DNA of 64,000 nt, taken from positions 2,480,001-2,544,000 of the forward strand of contig OX337230.1 in assembly GCA_946965045.2 (NCBI GenBank), in the 5' to 3' direction. The stretch comes from Epithemia pelagica. Taxonomy: Eukaryota; Protista; Bacillariophyta. The notes below the pieces were generated by a model, which saw only the letters and a list, made by a program, of their open reading frames with translations, did not search any database and was not told the DNA's origin. Made by a program: the position numbers and the translations under genes. Positions 1 through 11,652 of this stretch are shown here, piece by piece (positions within the stretch are counted from its first letter, which is position 1; the number at the start of each line of letters is the position of its first letter).

Positions 1-109
1 TGCGACAGACGATGGTGGTGCCGGTGGTGCGGCTGATTCCCACAGCACAATTTGAGTGGAAGAAGGAGGGGATGCCGTGAAGCTGATGGGCGGTGGTCGA
101 AGAGCCTTG

Positions 110-900
110 CGAGTCGACAACACTCGGCAACAACAACAACAACCCAAAACCCAAACACAACAATCAACTACTCACTCCTCGCTGCCACCGAACGAACAAC
201 AACAACACTCGGCAACAACACTCGACAACGACACTCGGCGGCAAGACTCGGCGACAAGATGGTGTGGTCGTCCTCCTTCTTCTACCGTGCGACGAAACAA
301 TCAACTCCTCGTCTTTTCGTTGCCCTCACCCAACAAATCGAAGCCTCGTCCACTGGTGGTAACAAGCGACGACAACGACAACCACAAGCGGCTCAACTAC
401 AAATGGCGAAACAATCGGCGACGATGTCACAGCTGATCGATCGAATGAACGAACGAACGAAAGAACGAATGAACGACAACAACAACACTCGGCGACAACA
501 AAAATCCAAACACAACAATCAACTACTCACCGCCACTGATCGAACGAACGAACGAATGAACAAACAACAACAAAAACAACACTCGGCAACAACAACAACA
601 ACAACAACAACAACAACCCCCACGCAACAATCAACTATTCGCTGTCAGCGAACCCTCTGCCCGAGACTGTGCCCTTCAACAACAGCAAGCGGTGACAACG
701 ACAAGCGACGACAACGGCATGCGACAAGACAGCAAGCGGCAACAACGACAAGCGGCGACAACGACAAGCGACGACAGCGACATCCGACGACAATGACATA
801 CTCAACAATCAACTGCTCGTTTCGGCCAAACGGCAAAACATTCGGCGACCACGGCACGGCAACAGCACCATACTCAACACCGAAACGATTGCCTATTGTA
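110..900. repeat. AAC/GAC-rich degenerate low-complexity repeat region
   Basis: About 10 CAA units at 587-617, (GAAC)n runs near 447 and 541, and recurring motifs CACTCGGC(A/G)AC and ACAATCAACT (about 5 copies); strong A/C strand bias. Confidence 0.8.
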
Positions 901-2479
901 CGACCTACGACACAGAGAAGCATGTACTAAGCTAGATAGATGTTCTGTACTAGTAGCTGTTTATATGCATACTCGTAGAGGAGGCGGGTTGATTATTGTG
1001 CTAGCGCCGCCTCACCATGGTGATGGTGTGGGTGCAGTTGGTGAGAAGAATCTCGCAACAACATGAGGGCAATTCATTTTACTTTAGGAAAATGTATGGT
1101 GTAGTGAATCTCGTAGGGCCGGAAGTTCAACCGAGTATCGGAAACGTGAAGCACGGGCCACTACGGTTACCCATATCGATTGATGGAGCTCGTACTGTAA
1201 TATTAGGTGATCATTTAACTTTTGTCTTAGGGACGTCCCAGCCAAAAGTCAAACGTCAAAGGTCAAAGTCAGACCTACAACTCACAACTCACACCGTAGT
1301 CGGCAAGGACGGTGACTGGCGCATATCGCCCATTGCTCTTACCACCCAGCTGGTGTGAGTACAGGTCGCTCATGAGTCGAATGCGCGATGCGCATTCTTA
1401 TACTCAATGCATCGAAGATGCTGACCAGCCTGCGACCTGGAATCACCCTCTCTGGGGAATACCATTGCTCACAGGCTTTGGTTTTTCTTTCTGTCCCGTC
1501 TCCCGTCACGCACGACTCCTCCATCATCATCATCATCATATCCATAATCCATAGAGGAAAATGATGTAGAAATTAGAAATTATCGTGGGGTAAAGGTAAA
1601 GAGTAAAGAGCCCTCGATTTGTCCAGTCAGAATCCCGATCACGTCGCACGTCTGTCGTTGTGTCTTCTTTGTTTCTCCACATCGATCGACCCGAGATACG
1701 ACAAAAGCGAAATTGTCCGAACGACAGATCCTACAGATGGTAGTTTTTACGCGGGTGTCTTTGGATTGCTACAGCGACGCACCGTCTCGCTACAAAGTGT
1801 CTTCTAGAGCAAGCCACAAAAGTACCAGCTAGCTTTGCTCTTTTGCCCCTAGGAGTCGGTCTAGGCGTACTCCTAGTTGGTAGTTGACCCCGTTGTTGAA
1901 CATGTTTACAGCTGACAACCTTCATTCATTCCGCTTTTCCGCTCCATACTCGGCTACAAGTATATGGTTGTGGTTTGTGGTTGGTTACTTGTCGCGTCCC
2001 GCACACTTTGGGGTTTGGGGTTGTGTGGGTCGGCCAACAACAATGGTCCTTTCTACCTGGGCCGCCTCCTCATAGCGAAAGCAATCAAGTTTCATTCGTC
2101 TATTCTCTAGTAGGAGTACGATCTAATCACGCCCATCTTCTCCCATGACAATGCAAGTTGTCTTCATGATCTTTTAGCAGTCGTTGTCTGATCAACTCCC
2201 GGACTGAGTGGGAGCGACATCGATGGAGAATGCTGGGAAACCCAGGATCGCTTTGATCGGTCGTTTGCGTTGTCTTAAATGGTGCGAGAGACTCTTATTC
2301 CCATTGAAAAGTCGAGCAAGAGCGCAGAATTGGCGGGATCGTGAAGGGGATATGGGGCAAGCAAGAAAAATGAGGGGTAGTTTTTTATCACACATAGTTT
2401 TGGTCGCAGTACGCTTCAGCATTGGTTTGGTGGTCGCGCATGATGATCGTTTCAGATTTGATGTACCCATAACGAGACC

Positions 2480-5400
2480 ATGGCTTCATCCTTGTCGTCA
2501 TCCAGTGGAAGTTCTCCTTCTAAACGAAGCACTCTTCCAGAGTCCTCGATGGATGGCGATAATGAGTCGACTTCAGGTCCCATGACGACGGAACCTGTGC
2601 GACATGCACGCATGTCCTCATCTGACCAGGAAGTTGCTTCTCACGTTGCGGTCGCCCTAGATCCTTTGACAACAAAACCCACAGACTCTTGCAGAAAAAG
2701 CATGCATCGACTACCAGAAAAAGAAGACTTGAACGAGGTATCTCTTCAAGCATGGACATGGTTTAGTCGACGTCGGCATACCTCCACGTCGTCGTCGTCG
2801 TCGCAGCAACAGCAGCAACATGTGACACCTCAGCTCGTAGCAAGTCAATTGAAATTGACGTCCCTCGCTTCCTCGAAAGAGATCCATCAGCCCCTCCTGC
2901 CATCCGCTTCTGTGGCTCTGTCGATCTTGGAGCGCTGCAGAAGTTTCTGCAAGCCAACCAACCAGGAAGACGACAAAGATACGTCACAGAAATCTCAAAC
3001 ACCCATCACGAGCAACGACAGCAAAAGCATGTCGACTAGCATTCGTGTGGCGCTTCGCTTGTTAAGAGCTCCGACGGGGTATGAAATTCCATGGGAGACT
3101 GTCACCCTTCTCTTGCATATCCTGGCAACAATCACAATGGGCGTCTCATCCGCAGACCCAACAAGTCGGTCCACCCAAAACCAGGACTCTCGCGATTCCA
3201 ATCCTACCTCTTATACGACTGCTGTTCGAATTGTGTTGGAAGTTCAAGCCTTTTGGTCGGAAACCATGGCCGATTGGACAGAGGTGGCATCCGCACCCGA
3301 AACACCTCTTTCAAGCAGGGTTTCTACGTCCCTACTATCGCCAAATGTGAACAACGGAAAGTCGCAACCTCCGAAAACTCCAGCGGATTACATAAGAGAT
3401 TGGGTTCCCCTTATGTTGCGTCTTCATCAACAGCAAACTCAAACACCTTACTTGCCAGTGGATGCAAATTCGCAGGGTTTGCAGTTGGTGGAAAGTCTTT
3501 TTCTGGTACTCTCTCAAGTGGAAACCAATTTGGATTGGATTCTCGATGGTTTGTTTTTTCTCGTGGCCTCCGTGGAGGACGACCAGCTCCGAGTGGAGAC
3601 AATTCGAAATTTGCAATCTACTGGTAATGGAAACCATCCTGGATACCACCAAGAATGGATCCTTTCATGGGCGTGTACATTGGCGCCATGGATGCGAGCA
3701 TCGGATTGGAACGTTTGTGTTCAGTCTTGGATGAAGCTCTCCGCCAGGGAAGCAGATCTCAAAGAAGAGATGAGACCCAAACGTTTTGACCAAAGAATTC
3801 AAGTGCATTTGTACCACTTTGTCTTGTGCCTCCTTCATGTACACGCTCTTGATGAGAATAATGATAATGGCGTTGCCTTCCGAGAGTCTTTGGAACAAAA
3901 CTTGTGGAACGCAATGGTACGCCAAGGTCATGGAACCCTTCGTCCCCATGTGTATCGTCAGCACGCCGTAAGCGCTGTGAAACGAGCATGTCGTCGTTCG
4001 AACGCCATCAACGGACTCGACGCATGTCTTGATCACTGGATGAATCTCTTGCTTACCGTCCAGAGGGGATTGATTGCGGTAGCTTCGAACCAGCACCAAC
4101 CACAGGACCCGTTCGAGGCACCATCTCAAGGCGAGCTCCCCTTGGACGGGGCCATGGACCTTGCCGAGGCACCAAACGATGCAGAAAATGACAGTCATCA
4201 CTTGGCAACGCTCGATTGGCTATTTGTTCTTTCGTCCGTGTTGGAAACGAATGCTCAGCTGATCTATCCTACTTTCAACAGTGCTCCAACTCGCCGTGAC
4301 AGTGGTTGCCATTCCTGGAGGGCGGTTTGGAACTTTTTCGAAAGCATTTCAGACGATTCATCGCATTCTGATCTACGGCCGCATGCCTTACCCGAGACAG
4401 ATGACTTGGTTCATGCTTCTACGTTGGATCCTTGTGAGTGGTTGGAAAACTTCGTTGAGCATAGAAGAGTGTTGTTTTTCGGCGAGGGAAGCTTTGGTCA
4501 GGATATTGTCGACAGCGAGCACAACTCTACTGATGAACCAATGGTAGAAAGAATGACACGAATAGGACGATTTGTGGCAAAATCGTTCTCCAAGGAAACG
4601 ACTTTCGAATCTAGTGAAGGAAGCGGTGACAATCATGGATTTTGGCTGGAACTGTTGGATCCTCGAATTCTTTCATTCGTTTTGGACCAACAACACCAAC
4701 ATGTTCGTCGTTCGGCCCAAGTCTGGATTGTATTGTCCGCGCTCGTTACGGCATTAGTAGAACTACCCGCAGCGTTTCGGGTGACATGGTGCAATCGATT
4801 CCACATGTTCCTGCGGCATCCTGCCACATCCCCGCAAGACATCAACGACAATGCTGGTCCTGTATCTCCACGTCTCGTCACAGTGCTTGGATGGACCTCG
4901 CTTTACATGACCAATGTCTTCTTGGCACAGCAAATGAGCCTTAAAGACACAAACCGTCAAACATTTTGTCAGGGAAAGGAGAAGGAATATGAAGACTGTT
5001 TGGTGCGATTCATGACCCCTTGTCCAGAGATGTCCCCATCCCACCATTTGGTGCGATCACTTCTTCCATGGCCAAATTTGCGCCCAATACTACTAAAAAA
5101 AGCACAGGCGGAATGGTTTTCAGAGTGTCCCACATCCATGCTATTGACTTCACAATCGATGGACAAGTTCCTCTCTCCTATTTGGTGGGGTGGAGAAGAT
5201 TGCGATAACAAGGAAGTTGCGTTATGGACTCTAGTTCAGTTAGTGGTATATGAAGAAGCAGACAAGGACAGGGGATTGTCTCAAGATTCCACTCGCTACT
5301 CTGACTCCTGGTACCCTCTCCTTGAGTTCATAATGACAGGTCTACCACCTGTTTTGGTGCCCTTGCGATCATGGTTTTGGGAACAAGCTCTGGACATTGA

Positions 5401-8400
5401 CTTCGTTCCCGACTGTCCTCAACTGAATAGCACCGATAAGAACGCTGTTGGCAAAAAGGTAAGGGACAGGATCATGCGAGCTTTGCTAATCCGATTCTTG
5501 CAATTTACAGAACATCAGACTCCCAGTGGAACCGAAGAAGACACTGCACCATCTATCCACCATTCCAATAAAAAGCGGACGAGCGGAGTCTCTTCGTATT
5601 GTTCCCTATCGCTTGACCGTATTTTTGTTTCGTCCGCTCGTAAGGGGCAGCTTGCCGCACCGACCGAAGATTTGGCAACCTTGTTTTTCCGAGTTGTGCA
5701 TCTGCATTCATTCTCTTCTCGCGCACCTGTACCGAAGAAACCACCAATTACATTACTGTGGATTGAGGAGCTTGTGCATCTACTTGGAGTGGCCCAACTT
5801 TTCTCACTGAGCAACAATGATAACGCAACCAATTCGGCACCATCTCGTCCCATCACTTCGACTTCTGGCGAGGAGTTCACTGAACGGTCTATCTTGCTGT
5901 GCGCTCGAATCGTGATTCACTTTATTGCAGGAACATGTGGAGTGGAAGAAAAATGCTCCCTTACGCATCTCCGTAAATCAATTTGCGGGAACGGTCACAA
6001 TAGGCTTGATGCAACAATGATCCAACTCAATGCGAAGGCGCAAAAGCATTTGACCAAAGGCGAAATTCCAGCGGAAAACATTGAATTCTTACAGTCTCGG
6101 TTAAGACATCATCTGGCAGATGGATTGGTCCACTTGCTTCTATCTCTTCCGAACGGTCCAGGTCCAGACTTGGTGGTGGCAAGCGTTTGTGCGTTGGTCG
6201 CCTTACAGCAACGCCTTCATGGAAACATACGTGAACACGGACAAGGGCCAAGGCAACATGAATCCCGACAAGACGCTACTTTTCCAGAGGCGAGCGATGA
6301 TGCATGGCCGGTCTCGGTGGGTTTTCAGGATACAGGAGCGCGAGACATTCGCTTTCTATCGCAAATTTTTCCAAAATACATAGGCGTTTGTCTTCCTATT
6401 CTCTCTTCAATCATTGATGGGAGCAACAGTGATGGCATTCTGACCCGGTACCCCGACACCACGATATCCGAGCGACGACAGCTATTACTGAAACGGACCA
6501 ACCTTATCGTTCGTTCAATTGTTTATTTTTGTAAGGAAGCCCAGTCTTTTCTTCGAGGATTTATGGACACGTCTCACAGCGCCAAGGACTGGAATACCCC
6601 TGGCTTTCGTGAGAGCCTCGTGGGATTGTACAAACTTTTCTGTACGAAGAAATCGTTGGGCGTGTTTTTCGTCTTATTAGAGCAATGTGTTGAACCAACA
6701 AAAAAAAGGTCAATGTCGCTTGGGGAAGACTCGGCCAAGGATCGAGCGCCCACGGAAAAGTCGTGGTATGACTTGCTGCTGGGACTTGAGAGCTCGGCTG
6801 AAATTGATCGTGTTTGTCGCCATCTTCGACAAATCGTCTTATGCACAATCCAATCGTTTCTCCAAGGCATAGCTGAAGGAGTTTCCTCTGGTGAAAACAT
6901 TGGTGACCCATCGTTCTACGATTTCAGCAATTTCGTCCTTTTGCAGAGCGGGCATGATTTACGTGAAGGTCTACGAGGGGACAGCGGTGGCCTCTCAATT
7001 GAAGAGTACTGGTCATTTCTCGAATCCATTGAAGCGGCATGCGATTGTTTCATGTCCATTGTGGATAGCTTCCCACCAACACTGGTTCGATCAATGAAAC
7101 AGCTCGTCGAAACGTGTATTTCAGTCAGCAAGCAGGCGGAAGATATTGTGTGCTCCATTGCCATCCGGAATCGTTCCATACTCAAGCGAACTCTGAATTT
7201 GTACCATCAAACATTACCCGAAATCGTGGAACGAATTATTCGACGCTTGGGAACATTTTCTACTTCGAGTGGTGAAACAGGCATCGTGATGGACCTTTAC
7301 GATGAGTTTGCCAAACAACGTTTGCACACATTCAATCAGTGTTGTACAATCCTTTCGTCTTGGTCAAAATCGATGGACGAGTCACCTCCTGTGGCTTGGG
7401 TTGATGTTGTCGATCCCGCCCATATGGAAGCACAGCAAAAACTTGGTGATGTCGACGCAGACAGCGACAGCAGCGACGGTGATATGAGAAACTCTGAGCG
7501 GCGGCCTGGATCAAACTTCGAGAGACAAACCAGTCGATCGAGCCATAAACAGCGTAAGACAAAGCAAAAACGTGAAAAGGTTCTCCAGCTAGAATCTTCC
7601 AGACCATGGACTTGGACGTTCTGCTTTGTTCTTGACGCGTATGGTGCTCTGATGGATGATTCTTTCAAGGAGATGACAAGTGGTGAAGCTCCGCCACTAC
7701 GTGCTGGAGTGGTGAGGAGGATTCCATTTCTCAGGGTTGATAGAATTGAAATGTATACTGACCATCGTCTGAAGGTCATTCGAGAAGTCCTGCAAGGCTG
7801 TGAAGAACTGCTATCAGGTGGCACTTCCGTTGCGTCTTCCTCAAAGAATATAAGTTGCAAGACTGACACCCTCCTCGCTCAGTTGCTCCCACGATCGACC
7901 AAATCAATGTTTCGCTTCACTGTAGAAAAGAGCTTGAGAGCACTTGTTCGTGCTGTCAACGTTCTTATCACAGAGCTCAAAACAATCCAATCCGGAAACG
8001 TCAGAAACAAAGATGAAAACATGTACTCCTCCTTTGTTGTGACAGAAGCTCTTTCCTGTGTTTTGGCGTGGATCCATTCTCCAGTGGTCGAGTCAATAAA
8101 CTGGGCCCCGCATGACATATGCATCGGCGTTCGCCTGTGGCTGTGTTCCGAATATCGGACCGAAGCTCCCTCCATGTTAAATAGAGACAATGCAAAAATT
8201 CTTTTGTCCGACAAGGGTGAACACAACAAACAAGGCAGCATGGCAAAGAAACTTGAAAAGGCAGTTGGTTTAGCAAATGATGCCGAACATGGTCTGGAAG
8301 GACTGCATGAATTACTGAAAGAACGCGATCAAAGAATGGAGCAAGAGCTTCAGTTTTGGAACGATCAAGTCTCGAAGTTCAAATGCAACGGGCCGACGGA

Positions 8401-8836
8401 AACGGAAAACAAAAAACTTTCTTTTGAGAGAGCCGTCGAAATGAAAATACAACAGATCAATAGCCAGAAGTCCCTCTACGTCGACGAGTTCCAGAAAACC
8501 TCTCTACCAGTGAATCAGCGCCGACGCAAATCCATTCATAGTAACGGACAAGGAGCAAAGGGCGTCGCCAAAGGATCTCGAAAACGTCGAGTCCCATTGT
8601 CTTCAAGCATAGTTTCTGCATCCGCAAATGGTAAACCCACAATCATGCCCAAAAGTAGAGTAGTGACTCGAGGCAGTCATGCATCGACAACCGGGAACAC
8701 CAGCGAGTTCCACAAAATCCAAAGTCGCAACAGTCTTGTACAAAGCTGGATGGAAATGGACCGCGAGACCGGGCGGGACGAAAGTTTCCAAGAGGACGCC
8801 TACGCGGATCTAGAAGACTTTTTGGTGGAAGATTGA
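2480..8836 (+). CDS. Large uncharacterised, probably alpha-helical protein (2118 aa, single exon)
   Basis: 6.36-kb stop-free ATG-initiated ORF; Ser-rich N-terminus, Leu-rich amphipathic body, basic stretch (RRRKS, RKRR) and acidic C-terminal motif YADLEDFLVED. No catalytic motif recognised. Confidence 0.85.
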   Translation: MASSLSSSSGSSPSKRSTLPESSMDGDNESTSGPMTTEPVRHARMSSSDQEVASHVAVALDPLTTKPTDSCRKSMHRLPEKEDLNEVSLQAWTWFSRRRHTSTSSSSSQQQQQHVTPQLVASQLKLTSLASSKEIHQPLLPSASVALSILERCRSFCKPTNQEDDKDTSQKSQTPITSNDSKSMSTSIRVALRLLRAPTGYEIPWETVTLLLHILATITMGVSSADPTSRSTQNQDSRDSNPTSYTTAVRIVLEVQAFWSETMADWTEVASAPETPLSSRVSTSLLSPNVNNGKSQPPKTPADYIRDWVPLMLRLHQQQTQTPYLPVDANSQGLQLVESLFLVLSQVETNLDWILDGLFFLVASVEDDQLRVETIRNLQSTGNGNHPGYHQEWILSWACTLAPWMRASDWNVCVQSWMKLSAREADLKEEMRPKRFDQRIQVHLYHFVLCLLHVHALDENNDNGVAFRESLEQNLWNAMVRQGHGTLRPHVYRQHAVSAVKRACRRSNAINGLDACLDHWMNLLLTVQRGLIAVASNQHQPQDPFEAPSQGELPLDGAMDLAEAPNDAENDSHHLATLDWLFVLSSVLETNAQLIYPTFNSAPTRRDSGCHSWRAVWNFFESISDDSSHSDLRPHALPETDDLVHASTLDPCEWLENFVEHRRVLFFGEGSFGQDIVDSEHNSTDEPMVERMTRIGRFVAKSFSKETTFESSEGSGDNHGFWLELLDPRILSFVLDQQHQHVRRSAQVWIVLSALVTALVELPAAFRVTWCNRFHMFLRHPATSPQDINDNAGPVSPRLVTVLGWTSLYMTNVFLAQQMSLKDTNRQTFCQGKEKEYEDCLVRFMTPCPEMSPSHHLVRSLLPWPNLRPILLKKAQAEWFSECPTSMLLTSQSMDKFLSPIWWGGEDCDNKEVALWTLVQLVVYEEADKDRGLSQDSTRYSDSWYPLLEFIMTGLPPVLVPLRSWFWEQALDIDFVPDCPQLNSTDKNAVGKKVRDRIMRALLIRFLQFTEHQTPSGTEEDTAPSIHHSNKKRTSGVSSYCSLSLDRIFVSSARKGQLAAPTEDLATLFFRVVHLHSFSSRAPVPKKPPITLLWIEELVHLLGVAQLFSLSNNDNATNSAPSRPITSTSGEEFTERSILLCARIVIHFIAGTCGVEEKCSLTHLRKSICGNGHNRLDATMIQLNAKAQKHLTKGEIPAENIEFLQSRLRHHLADGLVHLLLSLPNGPGPDLVVASVCALVALQQRLHGNIREHGQGPRQHESRQDATFPEASDDAWPVSVGFQDTGARDIRFLSQIFPKYIGVCLPILSSIIDGSNSDGILTRYPDTTISERRQLLLKRTNLIVRSIVYFCKEAQSFLRGFMDTSHSAKDWNTPGFRESLVGLYKLFCTKKSLGVFFVLLEQCVEPTKKRSMSLGEDSAKDRAPTEKSWYDLLLGLESSAEIDRVCRHLRQIVLCTIQSFLQGIAEGVSSGENIGDPSFYDFSNFVLLQSGHDLREGLRGDSGGLSIEEYWSFLESIEAACDCFMSIVDSFPPTLVRSMKQLVETCISVSKQAEDIVCSIAIRNRSILKRTLNLYHQTLPEIVERIIRRLGTFSTSSGETGIVMDLYDEFAKQRLHTFNQCCTILSSWSKSMDESPPVAWVDVVDPAHMEAQQKLGDVDADSDSSDGDMRNSERRPGSNFERQTSRSSHKQRKTKQKREKVLQLESSRPWTWTFCFVLDAYGALMDDSFKEMTSGEAPPLRAGVVRRIPFLRVDRIEMYTDHRLKVIREVLQGCEELLSGGTSVASSSKNISCKTDTLLAQLLPRSTKSMFRFTVEKSLRALVRAVNVLITELKTIQSGNVRNKDENMYSSFVVTEALSCVLAWIHSPVVESINWAPHDICIGVRLWLCSEYRTEAPSMLNRDNAKILLSDKGEHNKQGSMAKKLEKAVGLANDAEHGLEGLHELLKERDQRMEQELQFWNDQVSKFKCNGPTETENKKLSFERAVEMKIQQINSQKSLYVDEFQKTSLPVNQRRRKSIHSNGQGAKGVAKGSRKRRVPLSSSIVSASANGKPTIMPKSRVVTRGSHASTTGNTSEFHKIQSRNSLVQSWMEMDRETGRDESFQEDAYADLEDFLVED

Positions 8837-9154
8837 GGTCTGTGAGATTTGCACGAGAAGCTTCTCATTCGTATATCGCATTCATGAATGCGTTGCCGGC
8901 AAGAGGCACGCGAAGAGGACAACACAGCCCACCGTCATTTGATACGGTGCGCGCAGATGGTCTTTTGCGGTTCCATGGTCGATAAAACAAAGTTCGCCAT
9001 AGAGGGTAAACCATCAACACCTAATAGGCTTATTTAGGAGCACGTTAAACATTGGCTTGACCTCAACGGATATAAGGATGTGGGTAGACAAGGTAGATTC
9101 AAAAGTCCAGTCGCAGAAGTTTGGATTCGAACCACAACAATATTATGCGTGACA

Positions 9155-10933
9155 ATGGATCCTCGATCATCACGGTCGAAAAGGACGCAGGTAGTAAACA
9201 GAAGAGGACATTACGAGACTTCTCCACACTTGGTGCTGATTCTGTGGTGTTGCATTGTACTGGTTCGAATATTGGTGGGATATCAACCTTATTCTGGTCA
9301 AGACAATTATCATGGTCGTCGTGTTGGTGCCTACGGAGGTGATTTTGAAGCTCAACGACATTGGATGGAGGTGACATGGAGTCTTCCCATTGCCGAGTGG
9401 TATCGTCACGACTTGGAATATTGGGGACTGGATTATCCACCACTGTCGGCCTATCAATCCTGGCTGTGTGGAGCCCTATCTCACATTTTGGTGGGCCCTG
9501 AAACGGTGGCCTTGCACACCTCTCGATTTGGTGCACTGGAGGGTCATGTTGCACACAGAGCCTTCATGCGAGCCTCAGTTCTTGTATTGGACATACTCTG
9601 CTATGGAAGTGCTGTCTATTACATTTCAATCATGGTCTTCCAGCAGAAAGAGAAAAGAAAGAGCTCTTTTGTGGCTGTTGTCTCGGGGGTAACGGCAATG
9701 TTACAACCCGCCTTGATTTTGATTGATCATGGACATTTTCAATACAACACGGTAGCCTTGGGACTAGCTCTCTGGTCCTTTGCTATGGCAAGCGGGGGAA
9801 GCAGTGATGTCAACGAAAATAACAACAACCAACGCTTCACTTTCCTTCGTTCCATATGGCCTGACCTAGTGGCCTGTGTCCTCTTTGTTTGTGCCTTGTC
9901 CTTCAAGCAAATGACCTTGTACTATGCTCCGGCAATCTTTGCCTTTTTGTTGGGAAAATGCTGCAGTGGTGGTGGAGCCCCCGAAAAGGATCATTTGTTT
10001 TGGAAGGTGTTTGGTCTAAGTTTTGTCAGTTACGGTCTCACCGTGATTATCACTCTGGTGGTTGTTTGGTGGCCCTTTTTGACAAGGTGGGAAACTGTGG
10101 AACAAAATGACATGCAAGAGGAGGACGATACTATTAATGGTCGTCGATGGCTGTTGTGGCAAGTCTTGCATCGTATATTCCCGGTTCATCGGGGATTGTT
10201 TGAAGACAAGGTCGCCAACATATGGTTTGTTCTTTCGCTAGGGCCCATGCGAGTGACCAATCGTATACCACCCAACCTACACCCGGTGGCAGCTCTCGTA
10301 TTGACACTTTTCATGGCCATGCCAGCTTGTTTGCGACTGTTTCAATTGGGACGGCATCATCATCACGTTCCACGACACGACCAATTATCGGTCCTACTCT
10401 TGGGCACTGCGTGCACGGCCTTGTCCTTCTTTCTTGGTGCCTTTCATGTTCACGAAAAATCCATTCTTTTGGCCCTGGCACCAGCAAGTCTCGTGTTGCA
10501 ACCGGACCTATTTCGAGATTGGTTTGCCCTCGTGGCCACGTGGAGTTTATGGCCCTTGCTCATTTTAGATCGACTTCAAGTGGCGTATGTGTGTACCATT
10601 ATCCTGTACGTGTGCGCACGTCGTATTCTGACCCTTCTCTTGGTTGAAGAGGAGGAACCACAGGAAGAGGACAAAGCCAAACGAGTGGTGAGGTGGATCC
10701 AAATGCTCCTTATTTTCGGATCCGGCCTCATCATGATCGGATTGCACGTATTGGAATTTGTGGTGACGCCACCGTCTCATCTACCACATTTGTTTGCCGT
10801 GTTGTGGAGCATTTCCGGGTGCGGGTTCTATGTTGTAGCATGGATCACCATGGTGTGGCAGCTCTACTATGCACATGATTGGAAACCTATAGGCTCACTT
10901 TCCCCTCACGACAAACAAACCAAGTTGGACTGA
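9155..10933 (+). CDS. ALG6: Dolichyl-PP-Man9GlcNAc2 alpha-1,3-glucosyltransferase
   Basis: Motifs YGGDFEAQRHWME, YWGLDYPPLSAY, LIDHGHFQYN, FKQMTLYY, RIFPVHRGLFEDKVAN and HVHEKSIL; multi-TM. First in-frame ATG is at 9155 (the track start at 9080 is GTG). Confidence 0.95.
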   Translation: MDPRSSRSKRTQVVNRRGHYETSPHLVLILWCCIVLVRILVGYQPYSGQDNYHGRRVGAYGGDFEAQRHWMEVTWSLPIAEWYRHDLEYWGLDYPPLSAYQSWLCGALSHILVGPETVALHTSRFGALEGHVAHRAFMRASVLVLDILCYGSAVYYISIMVFQQKEKRKSSFVAVVSGVTAMLQPALILIDHGHFQYNTVALGLALWSFAMASGGSSDVNENNNNQRFTFLRSIWPDLVACVLFVCALSFKQMTLYYAPAIFAFLLGKCCSGGGAPEKDHLFWKVFGLSFVSYGLTVIITLVVVWWPFLTRWETVEQNDMQEEDDTINGRRWLLWQVLHRIFPVHRGLFEDKVANIWFVLSLGPMRVTNRIPPNLHPVAALVLTLFMAMPACLRLFQLGRHHHHVPRHDQLSVLLLGTACTALSFFLGAFHVHEKSILLALAPASLVLQPDLFRDWFALVATWSLWPLLILDRLQVAYVCTIILYVCARRILTLLLVEEEEPQEEDKAKRVVRWIQMLLIFGSGLIMIGLHVLEFVVTPPSHLPHLFAVLWSISGCGFYVVAWITMVWQLYYAHDWKPIGSLSPHDKQTKLD

Positions 10934-11652
10934 TTCTCTGTCGGAACATCAAAATAGCCGGGAAAACGAAACTGCACGAAGCCACTTGTTTCGAAGTGAC
11001 ATAGCGCGACCGTGCTCGATCAACTTCTGTAGAACATCATTCGTTTGACAAAGTGGACTGGCCCTATTGTGAGATCAGGTTGCGCTGATGCTTACCGTTT
11101 TCAGACAAGATACGATCCGGCTCGAGTGCCTCAACAACGATGAAAAAAGGAGAGGTTATCATGATTTGAGCTTATCTTTATGTTTGCCACGATCTCTACT
11201 AACGTGCTCCTACCAGATGTATTCCTGCCCTTCGTTTTTGTAATAGGCAAAGAAGATATACAAAGTGTATTCTTATCTTCGTGGGGCTACTTCTCTTGTC
11301 TGTGTAGCCTGAGGACTGAATGAAGGCATTGACATGATGTCCATTCCGTTCACGTTCTGTAGTAGATCATTCCAAACGCAACGCAAAAGGAAGGAACTAT
11401 ATGGTTGCACCCGGCATTGTAGATTGGAAGGTTAGTATTGGAAATCTCATGCTCCACTTTAGCCTTGGGGCAAAATGTTGTTGCTGTGCCACTGCTGCTC
11501 GGTCGTAGACGTTCAATCCTGGAAGCGAACGCTCGAACGATCGTTCGTGGCATTGATGTAGGTTCGGCGTGAGGCACCAAACCAGAACCATCGCGGCATG
11601 ACCACCACCACACGAGCCATTTGGATCAATTGAACACACTCGCGTTCTATTA

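Noticed and set aside
52-930. 292-aa ORF and overlapping ORFs
   Set aside because: Non-ATG start; the frame stays open because AAC/GAC repeats lack stops; no domain recognised.
1017-2585. Several 60-125-aa ORFs on both strands
   Set aside because: No motif and no consistent splice model found; 2192-2470 would start only 10 bp from the large ORF.
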